From NCBI GenBank assembly GCA_009785555.1, contig WQWB01000001.1:1-64000 (forward strand): 64,000 nucleotides of DNA, read 5' to 3'. Origin of the DNA: Defluviitaleaceae bacterium (GTDB lineage: Bacteria > Bacillota > Clostridia > Lachnospirales > WRAX01). This document shows, one piece after another, positions 58,217 through 64,000 of this stretch. The position numbers were made by a program, and so were the translations under genes. The notes below the pieces were generated by a model that worked only from the letters and a program-made list of their open reading frames with translations, was not told where the DNA came from and made no database searches. The stretch's first letter is position 1. Each line of letters starts with the position of its first letter.

Positions 58217-58909
58217 TTATTGTAGGTGGCGTGCTTCGAGAGCATTTATTGCACTTTCGATATGCCCACTGTTTACAGCACCGATAATTTGCTCGCCAAC
58301 CATGTTGCCGTACCTGTCAATTATAATGCTGGTTGGCACAAATTGGGAACGAGCCATGTTGCGGAGAACGGTAAGTTCCGGCAATTCGCTGTAGACGCTG
58401 ATAAAATCTACGCCTATGAAGCCTTTATGCAGGTGAGCGGTGCGCCATCCACCGTCCATATCGATTAAAAGGCCGAGGAATCCGACCCTGCCCTCAAACT
58501 GCTCTTCCAGTTCAGCGAAGCGTCTAAGCCCTTCCATGCAAGCCTGGCACCATGTTGCCCAAAGGTATATAAAGAACAAATCCCTTTCACCCAAATCCGC
58601 GGAATTAAAAACCTCACGGTTGTGGCCGATAGTCTCAAAAGAGAAGGGGAATGGGCCGGGTGCGACATTGTTTGGGGAAGGCAGCGCGAGCGGTGGGCGG
58701 GTTGCGATTTCGTCAGTAACGTTATTATTAGTACCTTGGCCTTGGTTTTGGCCTATAAGGTTATTATCATCATTATTGTTATTGGCATAATTATTTGTTA
58801 CATCAGATCCGGAATCGGTATCATTTTCATCACCGTTATTTCTTAAACAAGCGGAAAGCAGCACAGGTATTAGGATTGCGCAGATAGTAAATGTAAATAA
58901 TTTCTTCAT
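58217..58909 (-). CDS. TlpA/ResA-like thiol-disulfide oxidoreductase lipoprotein
   Basis: Lipobox LLSAC, Asn/Asp-rich low-complexity linker, WCQAC thioredoxin motif. Confidence 0.75.
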   Translation of the reverse strand: MKKLFTFTICAILIPVLLSACLRNNGDENDTDSGSDVTNNYANNNNDDNNLIGQNQGQGTNNNVTDEIATRPPLALPSPNNVAPGPFPFSFETIGHNREVFNSADLGERDLFFIYLWATWCQACMEGLRRFAELEEQFEGRVGFLGLLIDMDGGWRTAHLHKGFIGVDFISVYSELPELTVLRNMARSQFVPTSIIIDRYGNMVGEQIIGAVNSGHIESAINALEARHLQ

Positions 58910-58935
58910 AATGACTCCTCCGTCGTACAGATTTA

Positions 58936-59406
58936 TTATATAATTTGGCTTACGTATGATTCATATAAAGAGGCAAAGATGGCGGCGGCGGACACAAACA
59001 ACACACCCACAATAATAAGATTCCATGCGGGTTTCTTACCGTTTTCTATTTTTTTCTGTTTATATTCATAGAATGATGTCGGGGCGTTTTGTGGGTTTAA
59101 AAATGGGATAAAACGCATTTTATAGAAAAACGTCTTCATAGAAAAGGCAAGCATGTCAAACGCGCCAAAAAACGTGGTTATCGTTAGTAGGCCGAAACAT
59201 AACGACAATCCGCCAACAATAAACAACCCATCGGACATAATGCGGGCTACAACGTTAAAGTCGTCCTCCCTAAATATCCCGCGGGAATTTATAATAAGAA
59301 GCACAAAAACTGCCGCAATAACGGCAGTAATCGTGCTTCCAATTATTATCTTCTTTAAAGGTGATCTTTCCTCACGCAGAAGTTTACGTTGTTTGTTCAA
59401 TCGCAT
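58936..59406 (-). CDS. DUF3899-like membrane protein
   Basis: 3 TM helices, 156 aa. Confidence 0.45.
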   Translation of the reverse strand: MRLNKQRKLLREERSPLKKIIIGSTITAVIAAVFVLLIINSRGIFREDDFNVVARIMSDGLFIVGGLSLCFGLLTITTFFGAFDMLAFSMKTFFYKMRFIPFLNPQNAPTSFYEYKQKKIENGKKPAWNLIIVGVLFVSAAAIFASLYESYVSQII

Positions 59407-60449
59407 TAGGATATAAGCGGGGTGTGCTGTTTCATGGAGATGCGGTACTGCTCAAACTCCTGAGTATTGCACATTACGAAATGCCCGGGAGTAATTTCGC
59501 GGAGTGTGGGCATTTCCTCTCTATAATCGTGTACAAGGGCGGGCACGTAGTGTATGCGCTTGCGGCTCTTCTCCGTAATCGGGTTTGGTTGCGGGATGGC
59601 GGAAAGTAAGGCGCGCGTGTACGGATGTAAGGGGTTTTCAAATAAGTCCTTCGCGGAGGCAAGCTCTACAATTTTACCGAAATACATAACTGCGATCCTG
59701 TCGCTGAAGTATTTGACTACGCTTAGGTCGTGAGCGATGAAGAGGATGGTTAGCCCCATGCGTTCCCGCAGGTCATTAAGCAGGTTTATAACCTGTGCCT
59801 GGATGGATACGTCAAGCGCGGATACGGGTTCATCGGCGATTATCATGTCTGGCTCAAGCAGTACTGCGCGTGCGATGCCGATACGTTGGCGCTGCCCGCC
59901 GGAGAACTCGTGCGGGTAGCGCTCGGCATGCTCCGGCACAAGGCCGACCATGTCCAAGGCGGCGCGCACTTTCTCCTCAACGAATTTCTTATCCTTAATG
60001 CCTCGTATGGTTAGCCCTTCCGCAATGATCTCACGCACCGTCATCCTTGGGTTAAGGCTTGCGATCGGGTCTTGGAAAATCATCTGCATCTTGCTCATTA
60101 TACCGCCATGTACAGCATCCTCTACCTCGGATTTTGCCTGTACAAGGTTGCGGGCAAGCTCAGCCGCAAGCGCGGTATTGCCGGCTTTGCGTGCGGCGGC
60201 GATCTCCCTCTTCTTTTCCCTTACGCCGACACCGATACGCTGGCCGTTAAAGATAACGTCGCCGCCTGTTATGTCGTATAGACGGATGATGGCGCGCCCG
60301 GTTGTGGTTTTGCCGCAACCGGATTCACCCACAAGGCCTAATACTTCGCCTTTGGCAACGTCAAAGCTGATATCGTCAACGGCTTTAAGGTCCATACCTT
60401 TAAGCCTAAAATAATGCTTTAAATTCTTTACTTGTAATAATGGTTCCAT
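59406..60449 (-). CDS. oppF: oligopeptide/dipeptide ABC transporter ATP-binding protein (OppF-like)
   Basis: Walker A GESGCGKTT, signature FSGGQRQR, Walker B IIADEP, C-terminal oligopeptide domain. Confidence 0.85.
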   Translation of the reverse strand: MEPLLQVKNLKHYFRLKGMDLKAVDDISFDVAKGEVLGLVGESGCGKTTTGRAIIRLYDITGGDVIFNGQRIGVGVREKKREIAAARKAGNTALAAELARNLVQAKSEVEDAVHGGIMSKMQMIFQDPIASLNPRMTVREIIAEGLTIRGIKDKKFVEEKVRAALDMVGLVPEHAERYPHEFSGGQRQRIGIARAVLLEPDMIIADEPVSALDVSIQAQVINLLNDLRERMGLTILFIAHDLSVVKYFSDRIAVMYFGKIVELASAKDLFENPLHPYTRALLSAIPQPNPITEKSRKRIHYVPALVHDYREEMPTLREITPGHFVMCNTQEFEQYRISMKQHTPLIS

Positions 60450-60467
60450 AATTTTTCTCCTCCCCCT

Positions 60468-62564
60468 CTATTTACCAGCCGCGTCAGCGTTGTTTATCCT
60501 GTTCATTCTCTCTATACGTTCAGTGAGAATGCGGGGACGCTCCACTTTTGGCGCGTTGGGATGAAGAAGCCAGGTTGCCGCTTTATGTGTTTCAGAAAGT
60601 TCAAAAAGAGGCGGCTCTTCCTCAAAGTCTATTTCTAATGCGTATTTGTTACGGATAGCAAAGGCGTCGCCCTTGGGCGGATAAATCATGTTTGGAGGCG
60701 CACCGGGTATGGATTCCAATTTTTCTTCCGTTTCAAGATCCGGCATGGATGAAAGCAGAGCCCATGTATACGGATGCTGCGGGTTGAAGAATACTTCTTC
60801 CGCCGTACCAGTCTCGACGATTTTGCCTGCATACATAACAGCAAGCCTATCCGCAACATTAGCTACGACGCCAAGGTCATGTGTGATGAAGATTACGCTT
60901 AGGCCGCGCTTTTCCTTTAAGTTGTTGATAAGATCGAGGATCTGAGCTTGGATGGTAACGTCCAAGGCCGTTGTCGGCTCATCGCATATCAGGAGATCCG
61001 GGCTTGCGGCAAGGGCGATGGCGATGACGACGCGCTGGCGCATACCGCCTGAGAACTGGAAGGGATATTGGGTGTATCTGGCACGTGCTTCCGGTATGCC
61101 AACCTCTTCCATAAGGCTTATGGCGCGGGATTTAGCAAGGCGTTTCGTAACTTTGTAGACGGTACGGCTTGCGTCTTCCCTAATCCGCTTTACTGTTTTG
61201 CGGGCAAGGTCCGCGTAATCTAGATCCGCGGTATTTTCCAGTTCGTACTGATAACTTTCACACAGGCGTGTAAGCACGGTAACGACGTTTTCACGGTATA
61301 GATCCACGTCGGCGCGTTCTGCAAACTCTTTTTTCTTGCGGCCGCGAACGTTTTTGCCTTGGATTTTCTTGGCTAAAATCAGCTTATCCAATTCGTTTTT
61401 TATACCTGTTTTAAATGTGTAAGAAATACTGTCTTTTTGAAGGTCGAGTTTGTTGATACCAGCCTCAACAGCTTGGATAAGGGTTTTGATGGTATTTTGA
61501 AGCTCGTTTAAGTCGGCGTTCGGGTTTTCAAACTGCGGAATTTTCTGCATGATGAGATCAAGCGCAATTTGCTTCTTTTCAATTGATTGTGTTTGCGATA
61601 GCTCTAGGGCAGACGCGGTTTCCTGTATAAAGCCATTCATGAAGCCGTCATCAAAGATTTTTTGTATTTCATCATTGATAGTTCCGATGTCCGAACCGGT
61701 CGGTATTGCTATGCCGGCAAAGGAGCAATAACCCATGGCGAAGAATCTTGGTTCCGGCAACTCCAAAGCGGAGGCAAGGATGGCGCGTACGGAGTTAAGT
61801 GCGGAGCGCACCGCGTCCTTACCGACTTCATCGCCCGATGCAAGGTATTGTGCCGATGCCGCCTTTAATTCCGAAACTGCAGAATCGAAGGCGGAGTTAT
61901 CCTGTATGAGGTACTCGTGCTTACAACGGCCAAGCAGGCCGATAACGTGATTTATCTCACGCACAATGGCTTTCGGCTCACCACGGATAATATCAATAAG
62001 TATGCCGTCGATAGTACTTATTTCGGCGATAACCGTGTTTTTAGCGGCCTGGTACGGTTTCTCAAGGTTTGCGCCGCGTACGGCAAATTGCTCCAGCTCT
62101 TTAACATGGGAGCTTTTATTAGCGGCAAGGGCAGAAATGCGGTTCTTTAGGTTCCTCTTCGCATTCCGCCTACTGATTTTATTGTTGAGGAACATGGCTT
62201 CTGTGAGTTGGCGGCCAATACGCACGATTGGGTTAAGGGACGAGAACGGGTCCTGGAAAATCATGGAGACCTTATTGCCCCTAAGCAATTGGAAGTCCTC
62301 TTCGGAGATTTTTGCAAGATCCATCCCATCGAAGAAAATTTCACCTGATTCGTAGATTGCGTTGCCGGACGAGATGCCCATAATTGCCTTTGCCGTAACG
62401 GATTTACCCGAACCGGATTCGCCAACGATGGCAAGCGTCTCACCACGATCAAGCGTAAAGTCTATGTTCCTAACGGCTTTAACAGTACCGTTGTTTGTGC
62501 GGAAGAGAACACGCAAGTTCTTAACTTCCAAAATACGTTCATTGTTGTTTTTATCGATTGCCAT
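60468..62564 (-). CDS. oppD: oligopeptide ABC transporter ATP-binding protein (OppD-like) with a ~330-aa insertion between the Q-loop and the signature motif
   Basis: Walker A GESGSGKS and Q-loop IFQDP, then ~330 aa of helical sequence, then FSGGMRQR, LICDEP and the H-loop. 698 aa against the ~340 typical. Confidence 0.8.
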   Translation of the reverse strand: MAIDKNNNERILEVKNLRVLFRTNNGTVKAVRNIDFTLDRGETLAIVGESGSGKSVTAKAIMGISSGNAIYESGEIFFDGMDLAKISEEDFQLLRGNKVSMIFQDPFSSLNPIVRIGRQLTEAMFLNNKISRRNAKRNLKNRISALAANKSSHVKELEQFAVRGANLEKPYQAAKNTVIAEISTIDGILIDIIRGEPKAIVREINHVIGLLGRCKHEYLIQDNSAFDSAVSELKAASAQYLASGDEVGKDAVRSALNSVRAILASALELPEPRFFAMGYCSFAGIAIPTGSDIGTINDEIQKIFDDGFMNGFIQETASALELSQTQSIEKKQIALDLIMQKIPQFENPNADLNELQNTIKTLIQAVEAGINKLDLQKDSISYTFKTGIKNELDKLILAKKIQGKNVRGRKKKEFAERADVDLYRENVVTVLTRLCESYQYELENTADLDYADLARKTVKRIREDASRTVYKVTKRLAKSRAISLMEEVGIPEARARYTQYPFQFSGGMRQRVVIAIALAASPDLLICDEPTTALDVTIQAQILDLINNLKEKRGLSVIFITHDLGVVANVADRLAVMYAGKIVETGTAEEVFFNPQHPYTWALLSSMPDLETEEKLESIPGAPPNMIYPPKGDAFAIRNKYALEIDFEEEPPLFELSETHKAATWLLHPNAPKVERPRILTERIERMNRINNADAAGK

Positions 62565-62567
62565 AAA

Positions 62568-63998
62568 TTATTCCCCCGTTCCGCGAAGTGACGGGTTAAA
62601 CGCGTCACGCAGCCCGTTACCAAATAAGTTAAATGCAATAAGCAGGAGCGACAGCATGATCGCCGGGAATATGAATACGTGAGGACCCTCCCGGAAAACT
62701 TCGGGGCCAACGGCAAGCATTGTACCCAAGGATGCTGTATACCTGTCTTGTAGGCTGATAATACCGAGGAAGTTAAGTGTTGCTTCCATTGTAATAGTGC
62801 CGGGTATAATCAGTATCATGGACGTTATAATCGTGCCGATAGCGTTGGGGAAGATGTGGCGGAACATTATGCGCGGGTCTTTTGCGCCTAATGTCCTTGC
62901 AGCCATTACGTACTCTTGGTTTTTAAAGCGGTAGAATTGTGTACGCGTAAGGGACATCATACCCATCCATCCAAAGGCGACAAATACAAAGAGAACACCG
63001 CCAAACGGGCCAATTCTATTTGTCGCTATTAAATGTATGTTGACTAGCATGAAAACAGCAATGGTTGGAATGTTTACCAAAATTTCGCGGAAACGCTCCA
63101 TGAAAAGGTCAACTTTGCCGCCGTAGTAACCGGCGATAGCACCAAGTATAGCACCAATAAGCAGGTTAAGAATAGATACGGCTGTCGCAAGCATTATACT
63201 GAGGCGGAAACCGGCGGCCATACGCGCCCAAATGTCAAATCCGTCTGGACTTGCGCCTAGGGCGAAGAACGGTTCCATACCGTGCGTCATGTAGAAGAAG
63301 TTGTAATAGTTGACACGCACCTCAAACATTGGGTTTTGTGGCGTGCCGACGCGGCGCTCAAATTGGATAACGCCTGCTGCGTTGCGTAAATAGTTATCCA
63401 CAAGACCGTAGAGCATAACTTCTTCAAGCGTCATCGGGTTGCCGTTGCGATCCAATGGGTTGCCGAAACGGTCGTGCCGCCACCATATTTGTGCATGGTC
63501 GTTTGGATCAAACCAGAATGCATGGTGGAAGAATGGGCTTTCCTGCCCAGGCCGTGTCCCGCCGTAATCGATGACGGGAAATAAAACTTGCCTTCTGTCC
63601 GGGTTTTGTATCTCGCAGTCTTCCCACGCGCGTATTTCCGCGACGCGCTCTGGCATAAGCTGCATTGAGACAAAACCTATCCGGTGGTAGGAAGATACCC
63701 TTGCGTTCCATAAACGGCGGTATATGTTTTCTATAACCCTGTTACCATATTCGTCATCAACAAATCTGATACCGGTAGCGGCATTAAATGATTCGTTGAT
63801 TCGGATTAAAGGGGACATATTGGAGTTTACGGAATTATACCAGATTGCCCCTTCGCCATCCCTTGTAGGCTCAACGAAATCCCAAACTGGCTGCCAAAAA
63901 CGGTCGGACCCGTCTTCTGGGTATACCCACCTGCCTTCGCCAAGACCCGGGCGTTCACCCCAAACGGTTTGCTGTGCGATACCTATGTAGAAGAGCAA
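62568..63998 (-). CDS. oppC: oligopeptide ABC permease (OppC-like) with a large extracytoplasmic loop. Open to 63998, 2 nt from the window edge, so the N-terminal extent is uncertain.
   Basis: C-terminal ABC TM permease domain with the EAA-like motif MAARTLGAKDPRIMFRHIFPNA. Confidence 0.75.
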   Translation of the reverse strand: MLFYIGIAQQTVWGERPGLGEGRWVYPEDGSDRFWQPVWDFVEPTRDGEGAIWYNSVNSNMSPLIRINESFNAATGIRFVDDEYGNRVIENIYRRLWNARVSSYHRIGFVSMQLMPERVAEIRAWEDCEIQNPDRRQVLFPVIDYGGTRPGQESPFFHHAFWFDPNDHAQIWWRHDRFGNPLDRNGNPMTLEEVMLYGLVDNYLRNAAGVIQFERRVGTPQNPMFEVRVNYYNFFYMTHGMEPFFALGASPDGFDIWARMAAGFRLSIMLATAVSILNLLIGAILGAIAGYYGGKVDLFMERFREILVNIPTIAVFMLVNIHLIATNRIGPFGGVLFVFVAFGWMGMMSLTRTQFYRFKNQEYVMAARTLGAKDPRIMFRHIFPNAIGTIITSMILIIPGTITMEATLNFLGIISLQDRYTASLGTMLAVGPEVFREGPHVFIFPAIMLSLLLIAFNLFGNGLRDAFNPSLRGTGE

Positions 63999-64000
63999 AC

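Noticed and set aside
58700-58860. AAT/GAT-rich simple repeat
   Set aside because: It encodes the Asn/Asp-rich low-complexity linker of the TlpA-like lipoprotein and is not an independent repeat element

Overview
This window is about 64 kb of a moderately GC-rich (~50%) chromosome from a spore-forming Firmicute of Clostridia type, and it spans the replication origin (murC | DnaA-box cluster | dnaA | DnaA-box cluster | dnaN). Most genes are housekeeping: radA, apt, engB, pyrI, deoD, uvrC, hprK, murB, whiA, crh, gap, ansA, trxB, murC, dnaA, dnaN, rluB, and oppCDF at the right edge. There are also oxidative-stress genes (a PerR-like Fur regulator, two rubrerythrins), a flotillin/NfeD pair, a GH13 amylase with alpha-glucan phosphorylase, and an AsrAB-like Fe-S oxidoreductase module. 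The accessory content is: (1) two paralogous cassettes, each an XRE-HTH + TPR (RNPP/NprR-like) regulator followed directly by one or more small signal-peptide-bearing Cys/Pro-rich peptide genes. These peptides share a conserved PPCPI..DGRSI..C core and appear to be a new signalling-peptide or bacteriocin-like family. One cassette has tandem Spo0A boxes in its promoter. (2) A low-GC type II restriction-modification pair whose nuclease has HindIII-like catalytic spacing. (3) A Cas4-like Fe-S PD-(D/E)xK nuclease, encoded as two overlapping ORFs, next to yhaM and with no CRISPR array. (4) At least three related families of palindromic repeat elements scattered through intergenic regions (GTCATTGCGRG/CCGCAAT hairpins, CCGTAGGGGCG hairpins), plus a conserved ~60-nt palindrome upstream of both rlmD and murC. 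(5) Several gene-structure oddities: RadA without a zinc finger, a WhiA with an internal deletion, an OppD with a ~330-aa insertion, an AsrA-like gene with a frameshift, an in-frame stop in a CPT-like kinase gene, an orphan pyrI and an orphan oadB. I found no rRNA, tRNA, CRISPR array, transposase or integrase.
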